Of a stretch of 64,000 nt of DNA, positions 30,050 to 38,581 are shown one piece after another. The stretch is from contig CALNXZ010000003.1 in assembly GCA_942490655.1 (NCBI GenBank), forward strand, positions 39,441 to 103,440, written 5' to 3'. Positions within the stretch are counted from its first letter, which is position 1; every line of letters begins with the position of its first letter. The stretch comes from an uncultured Gammaproteobacteria bacterium (GTDB lineage Bacteria > Pseudomonadota > Gammaproteobacteria > Steroidobacterales > Woeseiaceae). The notes under the pieces are model-generated. The model was not told the origin of the DNA, ran no database searches, and was given only the letters and a program-made list of their open reading frames with translations. The position numbers were made by a program, and so were the translations under genes.

Positions 30050-30580
30050 ATGCCGATAATCGACATCATTATTGCCACAGCGCTGGTGGCGTCCATCGTG
30101 ATGGGATTCGTGCGGGGCTTCATCAAAGAGGCTTTCTCGATCGCGACGCTCATCGTCGCCATCTGGGGCGCATTGTATTTTGGTCCTGTCGCCGGCGGAG
30201 TGTCCGAAAAGTGGTTGAGCTCAGTGGAACTGCAGACATGGTTTGGCCGTGTGCTGGTTTTCACACTGATCCTGTCTGTCGGCGGACTACTGGGATGGGG
30301 CCTTTCAAAGCTTGTGCGCCTGTCAGTGCTCAGTGGTCTTGACCGCTTTCTGGGTTCGGTTTTCGGTATCGTTCGGGGTGTACTGCTGGTCGCGGTGTTT
30401 GTCATCGCCGGACAGTTTTCCGGATTTAGTAATGATGGATGGTGGCAGAAGTCTCGGTTGCTGCCGCATTTCGAAGTGGTTGCGGACTGGATCAAGGTCT
30501 TTGCGCCTAAGGGCTATGAACTGATAATCCCGGACGAAGTTGCGGACGAGTTGCCCGTCGACCTTCCGATAGGACTGTAG
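30050..30580 (+). CDS. cvpA: CvpA family membrane protein
   Basis: 176 aa with four hydrophobic segments and a GF.RGFIKE motif. It lies upstream of purF. Confidence 0.85.
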   Translation: MPIIDIIIATALVASIVMGFVRGFIKEAFSIATLIVAIWGALYFGPVAGGVSEKWLSSVELQTWFGRVLVFTLILSVGGLLGWGLSKLVRLSVLSGLDRFLGSVFGIVRGVLLVAVFVIAGQFSGFSNDGWWQKSRLLPHFEVVADWIKVFAPKGYELIIPDEVADELPVDLPIGL

Positions 30581-30589
30581 AGAGAAACT

Positions 30590-32101
30590 ATGTGCGGTGT
30601 GGTAGGAATTGTTAGCGCTGAACCTGTTAATCAGGCTTTGTACGATGCCCTGACTGTGCTGCAGCATCGCGGACAGGACGCGGCCGGCATCGTTACCTGG
30701 AGCGACGAGCTCGGACTAAAACAGCGCAAAGGCAACGGTCTCGTCAGAGACGTGTTTCACAGCCGCCACATGATGAGCCTGGCAGGCCAGGTCGGTATCG
30801 GCCACGTCCGCTACCCGACGGCCGGAGGATCGCGATCGTCAGAGGCGCAGCCCTTCTATGTGAATTCGCCTTATGGAATTTGCCTTGCCCACAACGGCAA
30901 CCTGACCAACTATGCCGAACTCGCGGCGCTCCTGATCGGTGAAGATCGCCGCCATTTGAGTACGAACTCGGATTCCGAGGTATTGCTGAATGTCTTCGCG
31001 CATGAACTGCAGGTGCGAGTGAAAGGCCAGCTGACAACAGCAAATGTCTTCGATGCAATTGATGCACTGCATGCCCGCTGTAAAGGCGGATATGCTGTCG
31101 TTGCGTTGATCGTCGGTTTCGGCGTGGTTGCGTTCCGGGATCCACACGGTATTCGTCCACTGGTACTGGGCGAGAAGCAAGGCCTTGGTCGCAAGAATTA
31201 CATGGTTGCCTCCGAAAGCGTTGCGCTCGATATTCTGCAGTACTCGCGAGTGCGCGACCTTAACCCGGGCGAATGCGTCATCATCGAAAATAGCGGTGCG
31301 ATTCATTGCCACGAGTATCCGCAGCGGGCAGAGCACACGCCGTGCATATTTGAGTACGTGTACTTCGCGCGGCCGGATTCGATATTGGACAATCTGTCAG
31401 TCTACAAAGCGCGCTTGCGCATGGGTGAAGAACTCGCTGGAAAAATTGTTCGCGAATTTCCTGACCATGACATCGATGTTGTTATCCCGATCCCCGATAC
31501 CAGTAGAACCTCTGCTTTGCAGGTTGCGTATCACCTGGGCGTGAAGTATCGCGAAGGATTTATCAAGAACCGCTATATCGGTCGCACCTTCATCATGCCC
31601 GGTCAGGAGGAGCGCAAAAAATCAGTGCGTCGCAAGCTCAACGCAATTGACCTCGAATTTCGTAACAAGAATGTGCTGCTCGTCGACGACTCAATAGTGC
31701 GAGGCACGACTTCCAAACAGATCATCAAGCTGGCCCGAGAAGCGGGTGCGAGGAAGGTATACTTCGCGTCGGCCGCGCCACCTGTTCGCTATCCGAACGT
31801 TTACGGCATTGACATGCCGGCCGCCAGCGAGCTGGTCGCCAATGGCCACACCATAGACGAGATTCAGGAAATTATCGGCGCTGATCGCCTGATCTATCAG
31901 GATCTGCACGGCCTGATTCGATCCGTCCGCCACGACAACTCGGATATCACACAATTTGATACTTCCTGTTTCTCGGGAGAATATGTGACCGGAGATGTCA
32001 CCGATGGCTATTTGCTGGACCTCGAAGAACGTCGCAATGATGCCGCCAAACAAAAGCGTGAGACTCCGCACGAGCAGGAGTCCAACGTCGTCGCTTTTTA
32101 A
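30590..32101 (+). CDS. purF: amidophosphoribosyltransferase
   Basis: 503 aa. MCGVVGI Ntn Cys, [11 protein letters not shown] and a PRPP-binding loop [13 protein letters not shown]. Confidence 0.95.
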   Translation: MCGVVGIVSAEPVNQALYDALTVLQHRGQDAAGIVTWSDELGLKQRKGNGLVRDVFHSRHMMSLAGQVGIGHVRYPTAGGSRSSEAQPFYVNSPYGICLAHNGNLTNYAELAALLIGEDRRHLSTNSDSEVLLNVFAHELQVRVKGQLTTANVFDAIDALHARCKGGYAVVALIVGFGVVAFRDPHGIRPLVLGEKQGLGRKNYMVASESVALDILQYSRVRDLNPGECVIIENSGAIHCHEYPQRAEHTPCIFEYVYFARPDSILDNLSVYKARLRMGEELAGKIVREFPDHDIDVVIPIPDTSRTSALQVAYHLGVKYREGFIKNRYIGRTFIMPGQEERKKSVRRKLNAIDLEFRNKNVLLVDDSIVRGTTSKQIIKLAREAGARKVYFASAAPPVRYPNVYGIDMPAASELVANGHTIDEIQEIIGADRLIYQDLHGLIRSVRHDNSDITQFDTSCFSGEYVTGDVTDGYLLDLEERRNDAAKQKRETPHEQESNVVAF

Positions 32102-32125
32102 ACGCTGCTGTTGGGGCGACTCGTT

Positions 32126-33334
32126 ATGAGCATCCGCTTCATGATAATTGACGAGCAGGCAGATTTTCGCAGCTTGCTCATGCACCACGTTACTACCCAC
32201 TGGCCCGATGCCATCATCTCCGCGTACGATCCGACCGCGGCAGGACACTTGCCCGATGAATTTGGTGGCGCCGGCAACGATGTCATTCTGCTGGGCAGCC
32301 AACATGGCGAGGACCGTGATGGTGTTGAGGTCCTGGCCAGGTTTGTGCAGCGCAAGAATTTCCCGCCTGTTATTTACTTCGGGACCGAGGATGATGAACA
32401 AGCGGCGGCGGATCTGCATCCGGACGCGCACTTCATGCGTGAACACATCAGCCACGATTCGCTGATCGTCAGTGTCAGCGATGTGCTGGCAGCCAATCAA
32501 CGCATCGCATCGACGTCCTCCCTTTTTGTCGGCGACATGCGCACGGGTATCCACCCCTTGATAAAAGGTTATCGATTCCTGCGGCGGCTGGGTTCAACAG
32601 AACACTCGGGTGTGTATCTTGCAGAGCGTGAGTCGACGCACATGAAGGTCGTGTTGAAAGTGCTTCGTCAGACTCAGGAGCACGTCGACGGAGTTGGTGT
32701 GTTTGACCGATTCCTGCAGGAATACGAAACCATCGCCGATATGGATCATCCGAACATCGTGAAGATCTACGACCTCGGCGTTAGTGACACGCATGCGCAT
32801 ATCGCGATGGAGTATCTCGATGGTGGTGACCTCCGGCAGAAGATGGAGAACGATCTGAGTGAACGGGAGGCGGTTGATTATCTGCGCCAGATTTCGAGCG
32901 CCCTGGCGGCGGTGCATCAGAAACGCGTGCTGCACCGCGATCTGAAGCCAGGAAATATCATGTTGCGCAAAGACGGTTCAATTGCGCTGATCGACTTTGG
33001 TCTGGCGAAAGGCGCCAAGTTGGAAATGGCGATCACGGACAAAGGGGAAATTTTCGGTACCCCTTATTACATGAGTCCGGAGCAAGGGCACGGCAGCGAT
33101 GTCGATGAGCGCAGCGACATCTACAGTTTGGGCATAATCTTTTTCGAGATGCTGACGGGTGATAAGCCGTTCAAAGCGGGTTCGGCGATGGGGATAATCT
33201 ATAAACACGCTCGTGCGCCTGTGCCATTGCTGCCGCCAAGACTGTCGAAGTACCAGTCATTGATTAATATGATGTTGGCAAAACTGCCTCGCGACCGCCT
33301 GCAATCGGCAACGGAGGTCGAAGAGTGGCTGTAG
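32126..33334 (+). CDS. Ser/Thr protein kinase with an N-terminal pseudo-receiver domain
   Basis: The N-terminal ~120 aa are CheY-like (FMIIDEQ..DVILLGSQ) with Gly at the phospho-acceptor position. The kinase part shows VLKVL, HRDLKPGNIML, IDFGLAK and GTPYYMSPEQ. Confidence 0.8.
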   Translation: MSIRFMIIDEQADFRSLLMHHVTTHWPDAIISAYDPTAAGHLPDEFGGAGNDVILLGSQHGEDRDGVEVLARFVQRKNFPPVIYFGTEDDEQAAADLHPDAHFMREHISHDSLIVSVSDVLAANQRIASTSSLFVGDMRTGIHPLIKGYRFLRRLGSTEHSGVYLAERESTHMKVVLKVLRQTQEHVDGVGVFDRFLQEYETIADMDHPNIVKIYDLGVSDTHAHIAMEYLDGGDLRQKMENDLSEREAVDYLRQISSALAAVHQKRVLHRDLKPGNIMLRKDGSIALIDFGLAKGAKLEMAITDKGEIFGTPYYMSPEQGHGSDVDERSDIYSLGIIFFEMLTGDKPFKAGSAMGIIYKHARAPVPLLPPRLSKYQSLINMMLAKLPRDRLQSATEVEEWL

Positions 33335-33948
33335 CTGTGCATGTTCCGGAGAGCATAGTAACGTTTCTCGATACGGCGACTCCGGAGGCCTGGCTAGAGA
33401 CGGCCAGTCAACGGCTACCGGAAATGTTGCTGGATCATGCGAACTGCGAACTGAAAGCGGCATCAACTGCGCTTGGCTTTCTGTATCGGTACCCGGATCG
33501 CAGCAAGCTGGCGCAACGGATGTCACGCCTGGCACGCGAAGAATTGCGACATTTCGAGCAAGTTCGCTCGATCATGGATGACATGAACATTCCATTTCAA
33601 CGCCTCACGGCCTCACGTTATGCCGGTGGATTGCGCGACGCTGCGAGGCCGGATGAACCGCATAAGCTGTTGGACCTGTTGCTTATCGGTGCATTGATCG
33701 AGGCGCGTTCCTGCGAGCGATTCGCAAGAATCGCACCGCGACTCCCGGATAATTTGGCGAAATTCTACAACGGGTTGTTAGCGTCGGAAGCGCGACACTT
33801 TGAACACTACATAGCCTTTGCCAAATCCGAATGCGCAGCAGGCGAGCAGGAAATTGAGCAGCGACTGGATGAACTCAAAGTGCTGGAAGCCAGGTTGATT
33901 ACAGAACCTGACACCGATTTTCGCTTCCATTCAGGACCGCCACCTTAA
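33325..33948 (+). CDS. miaE: tRNA-(ms2io6A)-hydroxylase
   Basis: 207 aa with a GTG start overlapping the kinase 3' end. Diiron motifs HANCELKAA, EELRHF, IEARSCERF and SEARHFEHY. Confidence 0.8.
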   Translation: MAVAVHVPESIVTFLDTATPEAWLETASQRLPEMLLDHANCELKAASTALGFLYRYPDRSKLAQRMSRLAREELRHFEQVRSIMDDMNIPFQRLTASRYAGGLRDAARPDEPHKLLDLLLIGALIEARSCERFARIAPRLPDNLAKFYNGLLASEARHFEHYIAFAKSECAAGEQEIEQRLDELKVLEARLITEPDTDFRFHSGPPP

Positions 33949-34670
33949 TGGCGGGGCAGGGTCTCAAGCCTTGGGCCGTCGACATTCCAGCGCACCACAC
34001 TGCCTTGCTCGTACCAGTCACCGAGCACGATTCGCGTGGCTTTGCGATCGCCCAGATCCACCGTGTGCACGGCGGGTCTGTGCGTGTGTCCGTGTAGCAG
34101 CGTGCTGACGCCGTACTCGCGGAGCAGTGCGATTACAGCGGCCTGATTGACATCCATGATCTCATCGCTCAGAGATTCGCCACGCGCTTTGCTTTCTTCC
34201 CGTGCCTGCACAGCAAAAGCAATGCGTTCCTGCAGCGATTTTGCCAGCATCATGGCCAACCATTCCGGGTTGCGTGTCATCGCACGTATCTGCTGGTATT
34301 GCACATCGTCGGTGCACAGGGCGTCGCCATGACTCAGAAGCACGGGCTCGCCATATAGATCAACCACAGTGGGATCATTGAGTATCGTAACGCCGGTCTC
34401 GGTGGCGAAGTCCTGGGCGATTGTGAAATCGCGATTGCCGTGCATGAAGTACACCGGCACACCGGTATCAGCCAATGCTCGCAACCCAAGCTTCATTGCG
34501 TGGTAGTAGGGATTGGGGTCGTCGTCACCCAGCCACGCGTCGAACAGATCGCCCAGTATGTAGAGTGATTCTGATTCACGCGCTTCGCCGCTGAGGAAAC
34601 TCAGGAATTGCTCACCGATTTCAGGATGGTCCGCCGCGAGGTGCAGATCTGAAATGAACAGCGTTGTCAT
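33945..34670 (-). CDS. lpxH: UDP-2,3-diacylglucosamine diphosphatase
   Basis: 241 aa. LFISDLHL, LYILGDLFD.W.GDD, GNRDF and HGHTH metallophosphoesterase motifs. Confidence 0.9.
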   Translation of the reverse strand: MTTLFISDLHLAADHPEIGEQFLSFLSGEARESESLYILGDLFDAWLGDDDPNPYYHAMKLGLRALADTGVPVYFMHGNRDFTIAQDFATETGVTILNDPTVVDLYGEPVLLSHGDALCTDDVQYQQIRAMTRNPEWLAMMLAKSLQERIAFAVQAREESKARGESLSDEIMDVNQAAVIALLREYGVSTLLHGHTHRPAVHTVDLGDRKATRIVLGDWYEQGSVVRWNVDGPRLETLPRH

Positions 34671-34671
34671 G

Positions 34672-35280
34672 CTAGTTATAGGTGACGCGCGACATTTTCT
34701 TGATCACGATGGGGATAACCGGCGCTGGAGCGCCGCTCGGGCCATTGGTCGCAGAGGGCGCATTCACAATCTTGTCGACGACGTCCATCCCTTCGAAGAC
34801 AAAACCGAATACAGCGTAACCCCAGCGTCCTCGCACCGTATTCTTTTGTGGATCCAGATTTGGTGAGTTCGCGTCCTGACCGACGTTGTTGGCGACGTTG
34901 ATAAAGAACTGTGAATTCGCAGAGTGTGGATCGCTGGTACGGGCCATCGCAATCGAACCGCGCAAATTACTCAGGCCGTTGCCGGATTCATTGGGGATTG
35001 TTTCGCCGCTTTCCTTGAGCTTGAAGCCTGGGGTGTAGCCCCCGCCCTGAGCCATGAAGCCCGGAATGATGCGATGAAAGACTGTACCGTCGTAGAATCC
35101 CGCGTCGACCAGTTCGAGAAAATGCGCAACAGTCAAAGGCGCTGCAGCGCCGTCGAGTTCGAGTTTGAAGTTACCTTCCGTCGTTTCGACCAGGACATGG
35201 GGATGGGCAGGTACCTTGTCCTCGGCACAGGCAAGCGTTGAGGACAGTGCGATCAGCAGCAGTAGCAGAGTCTTTTTCAT
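34672..35280 (-). CDS. periplasmic cyclophilin-type peptidyl-prolyl cis-trans isomerase
   Basis: Internal ATG at 35280. Signal peptide MKKTLLLLLIALSSTLACA. FHRIIPGFMAQGGG and SANSQFFI motifs. It is adjacent to lpxH, as ppiB is in E. coli. Confidence 0.9.
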   Translation of the reverse strand: MKKTLLLLLIALSSTLACAEDKVPAHPHVLVETTEGNFKLELDGAAAPLTVAHFLELVDAGFYDGTVFHRIIPGFMAQGGGYTPGFKLKESGETIPNESGNGLSNLRGSIAMARTSDPHSANSQFFINVANNVGQDANSPNLDPQKNTVRGRWGYAVFGFVFEGMDVVDKIVNAPSATNGPSGAPAPVIPIVIKKMSRVTYN

Positions 35281-35336
35281 CAGTTTTCCGGAACTTATGA
35301 CAGAGTAGGAGTGGGGAATATACCTTGCCCAAACGC

Positions 35337-35365
35337 TTGATTGCCATTCCACGCAGCCGTATGAT
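35337..35365 (+). promoter_or_regulatory. sigma70-like promoter for the tRNA cluster, TTGATT-17 nt-TATGAT, with a GC-rich discriminator
   Basis: TTGATT at 35337-35342, 17 nt spacer, TATGAT at 35360-35365, followed by CGCACCCCGCG. It lies ~55 nt before tRNA-Pro. Confidence 0.45.
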
Positions 35366-35421
35366 CGCACCCCGCGTAAAGTCTGGCTCCGGCGAGACTC
35401 GCGTGGCGGAAAATCCAATGT

Positions 35422-35498
35422 CGGGGCATGGCGCAGCCTGGTAGCGCATCTGCTTTGGGAGCAGAGGGTCGGGTGTTCGAATCACCCTGCCCCGACCA
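35422..35498 (+). tRNA. tRNA-Pro (anticodon TGG)
   Basis: Cloverleaf folded by eye: CGGGGCA/TGCCCCG acceptor, anticodon loop TTTGGGA, GGTTCGAAT T-arm region, encoded CCA. Confidence 0.9.
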
Positions 35499-35535
35499 TC
35501 CGATTTTCCTGCTTGGCAGAACGGCCGTTTTGACT

Positions 35536-35612
35536 GCGCCCGTAGCTCAATCGGATAGAGCACCGGATTTCTAATCCGGTTGTTGCAGGTTCGAGTCCTG
35601 CCGGGCGCGCCA
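35536..35612 (+). tRNA. tRNA-Arg (anticodon TCT)
   Basis: GCGCCCG/CGGGCGC acceptor, anticodon stem CCGGA/TCCGG with loop TTTCTAA, encoded CCA. It resembles E. coli argU. Confidence 0.9.
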
Positions 35613-35644
35613 TATGGCGTATAGTTGGAAATTGAAAATACAGT

Positions 35645-35721
35645 GGTGGGCGTAGCTCAGTTGGTAGAGCCCCGGCTTGTGATGCCGGTCGTCGTGGGTT
35701 CGAGCCCCATCGTCCACCCCA
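35645..35721 (+). tRNA. tRNA-His (anticodon GTG)
   Basis: Extra 5' G(-1), anticodon loop TTGTGAT, T-loop TTCGAGC, encoded CCA. Confidence 0.9.
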
Positions 35722-35733
35722 TTTTCTTCTAGT

Positions 35734-35809
35734 GGGCCTTTAGCTCAGTTGGTAGAGCAGGAGACTCTTAATCTCTTGGTCCGGGGTTCGAGCCCCCGAG
35801 GGCCCACCA
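35734..35809 (+). tRNA. tRNA-Lys (anticodon CTT)
   Basis: GGGCCTT/AGGGCCC acceptor, anticodon loop CTCTTAA, T-loop TTCGAGC, encoded CCA. Confidence 0.9.
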
Positions 35810-35816
35810 CTTTCCG

Positions 35817-38378
35817 CTACAAACAGCCTGTCAGGCCATTCACCCAGTTCGTCAGCAGGTTCACGCCGTCAGTGTCGACAATGGTCGATCCCAACGGTGG
35901 CATGCCAATACTCATTGTGTCGCGCTGGTTAACCCGTTCGACCAGCACTGAACTTGCCGCAGCGCCGGGTGCGATAATGCGCGCGTTCACGAGGCCAAGA
36001 TCTCCTGCCTGCGGCGCAACATCGCACGCGCTTGTCGCCTGCAAACTCGTCGCATAACGCAGATCGATATCCACCGGCGTTCCACCACCGGGACGATGAC
36101 AGTTGGCACAGTTTGTGTGCAGGTAAGCGCGCGCACGATCGTTGAGGTCAGCGCCCGTGTCCATGGGATCGGCAAGCGCTGGAAGGGTGGCTGGCGTTCC
36201 AGCTAACGGCGCCGAGAACATCATGATGTGATCCAGTGTCGTCAGCTGGTTGTCAGTACGACCGGTACTTGGATACGTGAAATCCCGATTCAACTGTGCC
36301 GTCTCCGGCCCGAGTGCGGCACCCGCAGCGCTGGTATGACACTGCTCGCATTGCGCTTCGCTGGGGAACACCCAATCCTGGCCGGATATACTGACTGTCT
36401 TACCGCCAACCACTCGGGTCGCTTCGGTTTGCGCTGGATTCCATTCGTAGGTGTAACCCGCCCAAACGCCGTCCGGATGACGCATCAGGTGGCGAGTTTC
36501 GACGAGGTTGCCATTCAAGAGGAAGTTTTTGACGATTACGGTGCCCGGCGGCAGCTGCCAGTCGTTTTCGCCATTGATCGACAGGGTCGTGCCATTGGGC
36601 AGTCCGAGGAAACGCGACTTGCTGGCGCCGTCAGACCAGAAACTCGCATTGATGTCGTAAGGAAGCAGGCCTGCGTACGGTTGGGTAACGTCCGCTGGAT
36701 CGACGCAACCGGTATTCGAAAGCAGGTCGGGAATCGTGTTGCCAGCCCCACCGCCGGCGCCGGGTACCAGCTGGTAGATTCGCCCATTGTCTATGTTCGC
36801 GTAGTAGATCTCGCCGTCGGCATCGGCGGCGAAAGCAACCGGACCGCCAGTTTCGTCCGACAACAGTTCGTTGGTATAGCCGCCAGAACCATCGGAGCGC
36901 AGCGCCCAGATACGCCCTGAACCGTAATCCGCGTAGATGTATTCGCCGACGCGACCGCCAATGGCCGAGCCGCGATACACCATGCCACCCGTAACGGAGT
37001 AACCCTCGCTGCGCGGATAGTCGTACACCGGATCGGTGTAAGTTGCGTTGCAGCCGGTGGCGGGGAAGGCAATAAAGCCTTCACGACAACTCCAGCCATA
37101 GTTATTGCCGCGTACGATGATATCGATTTCTTCCCTTGCGCTTTGGCCAACATCACCCGCCCACAGTAGCCCGGTGGCAGAGTCAAATGACCAGCGCCAG
37201 GGGTTGCGTACGCCCCAGGCGAAAATTTCGGGGCAGTTGTTCGGGTTATTGAGTGTCGGGCCGCACTTGGGCTGGCCGGCAAAGGGATTGCCAGTAGCGC
37301 CGCCCGGAATCACATAGGCATTGCCGGGATAGGTAATCGCCGCGTTCGTTGCATCCACGCGCAGGAACGAGCCCAGCAAGTTCGTCGTGTTCTGCCCGGT
37401 CTCTTGCGGATCTCCGCCACCACCACCGTCGCCGAGCCCGATGTACAACAATCCATCTGCGCCGAAAGCAATATCGCCGCCGTTGTGGTTACTGGCGAAC
37501 TGATGGATGGTTATAACTTCGTTCTCAACGGACCCTGCGCTGATGGGGCTGGGTGTCGTGACATTGTTCAATACCACACGAGTAATCACAGATCGCATTG
37601 GCGATGTGTCGCGTGTGTAAGAAAGAAAGATTTCCGGTGTCGCAGGATAGTTCGGATGGAACGCCATGCCGAGCAGTCCACCTTCGCCGGATGCGTTCAC
37701 GACACCTGAAATGTCCAAATAGGTCGTCACGCTGCTGGGCGCATTGTCCGGATCGAAAACGCGGACTTGCCCTGATTTTTGCAATACGAACCAGCGTGGA
37801 TTGGCGACCGGCTCCAGAAGCAGTTTGGTTGGCGAGCTGAACGACAGCCCCGGAAACGCTTCTTGTACGGCAACGCTGGTTGCTGCGCCTGGTCGTGGCG
37901 GTGCCACGCAGGTCTGGTTGTCCGGTCTTGCGTCAAGTCCGTACACGACCGCCGCGTCATCGTTTTGTATCGTGCCAACGGCGCCACCATCAACGACGGT
38001 TGCGCCGTTAGCGCCGCTCAGCGCAACGTTCAGCGTTTCATCGGGTTCTGCGCTGGTGTCGCCGAGGACGGTGATCGAAATCGTGCCGGAGGTATTCGGG
38101 GGAGTAATGGTCAGCGTACCGTTGGCCGCTGTGTAGTCGCTGCCCGCGATCGCGCTTGCGTTGCTCGTCGCCCAGGAAACGCTGACATTTGACGTACTGC
38201 TGCCGGAAAGTGTGACTCGAAAGTCCAGCGAAGTTGTGCCGCTATTGCCTTCAATGACGACGGCATCGGCAATCGATAATGTTGGCACCGGCGGCTGTGT
38301 CGGAGCGGTGTCACTGCCGCCGCTCGTACAGGCCGACGCGGCAGTCGCTACCAGAAGAGTTAGCGTCAGAATTCGCAT
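35817..38378 (-). CDS. lipoprotein fusing Calx-beta, a PQQ-dependent sugar dehydrogenase-like beta-propeller and a diheme c-type cytochrome module
   Basis: Lipobox-like MRILTLTLLVATAASAC. Calx-beta (GSDYTAANGTLTI..EPDETLNVAL). GSDH motifs HNGGDIAFGADGLLYIGLGDGG, WGVRNPWR and GNNYGWS. The C-terminal ~330 aa carry CEQCH and CANCH, which I recognise from memory as SO2930-like. An alternative start lies at 38408. Confidence 0.75.
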   Translation of the reverse strand: MRILTLTLLVATAASACTSGGSDTAPTQPPVPTLSIADAVVIEGNSGTTSLDFRVTLSGSSTSNVSVSWATSNASAIAGSDYTAANGTLTITPPNTSGTISITVLGDTSAEPDETLNVALSGANGATVVDGGAVGTIQNDDAAVVYGLDARPDNQTCVAPPRPGAATSVAVQEAFPGLSFSSPTKLLLEPVANPRWFVLQKSGQVRVFDPDNAPSSVTTYLDISGVVNASGEGGLLGMAFHPNYPATPEIFLSYTRDTSPMRSVITRVVLNNVTTPSPISAGSVENEVITIHQFASNHNGGDIAFGADGLLYIGLGDGGGGGDPQETGQNTTNLLGSFLRVDATNAAITYPGNAYVIPGGATGNPFAGQPKCGPTLNNPNNCPEIFAWGVRNPWRWSFDSATGLLWAGDVGQSAREEIDIIVRGNNYGWSCREGFIAFPATGCNATYTDPVYDYPRSEGYSVTGGMVYRGSAIGGRVGEYIYADYGSGRIWALRSDGSGGYTNELLSDETGGPVAFAADADGEIYYANIDNGRIYQLVPGAGGGAGNTIPDLLSNTGCVDPADVTQPYAGLLPYDINASFWSDGASKSRFLGLPNGTTLSINGENDWQLPPGTVIVKNFLLNGNLVETRHLMRHPDGVWAGYTYEWNPAQTEATRVVGGKTVSISGQDWVFPSEAQCEQCHTSAAGAALGPETAQLNRDFTYPSTGRTDNQLTTLDHIMMFSAPLAGTPATLPALADPMDTGADLNDRARAYLHTNCANCHRPGGGTPVDIDLRYATSLQATSACDVAPQAGDLGLVNARIIAPGAAASSVLVERVNQRDTMSIGMPPLGSTIVDTDGVNLLTNWVNGLTGCL

Positions 38379-38492
38379 GCATGAACTATACGATGAGACC
38401 GTCGGCATTAGGCAATCGACTTCACATTAAGTCCGGGATTGCATCTAAGTACTTGACCGAATACAGAAAAACACCCAGATCGTGGGAGCGAG

Positions 38493-38507
38493 TTCCACAT
38501 TGTGGAA
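38493..38507. promoter_or_regulatory. perfect 7-1-7 palindrome TTCCACA-T-TGTGGAA in the divergent intergenic region
   Basis: Read directly from the sequence. It lies 75 nt upstream of the first MttB gene and ~115 nt upstream of the lipoprotein gene. No T-run follows, so it is not a terminator. Confidence 0.35.
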
Positions 38508-38581
38508 TCGGGGCTGGCTGAGACGGGATGTGATCAAGTAAAATTCCTTTTAATTCAATAGTTAATAACCCCAGAGCCGAT

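Noticed and set aside
31691-32554. 287-aa minus-strand ORF spanning the purF 3' end and the kinase 5' end
   Set aside because: It is antisense to two strongly supported genes, has no motifs and has an unusual composition. I treat it as a shadow ORF. The same reasoning applies to 8206-9000, 8343-9002, 38555-39199, 50329-51036, 55363-56097, 24257-24817 and 25670-26272.
38409-38581. Cobalamin riboswitch upstream of the B12-dependent operon
   Set aside because: I could not find a B12-box-like element or the conserved paired regions in the 173-nt leader. The leader is also short for that riboswitch class.
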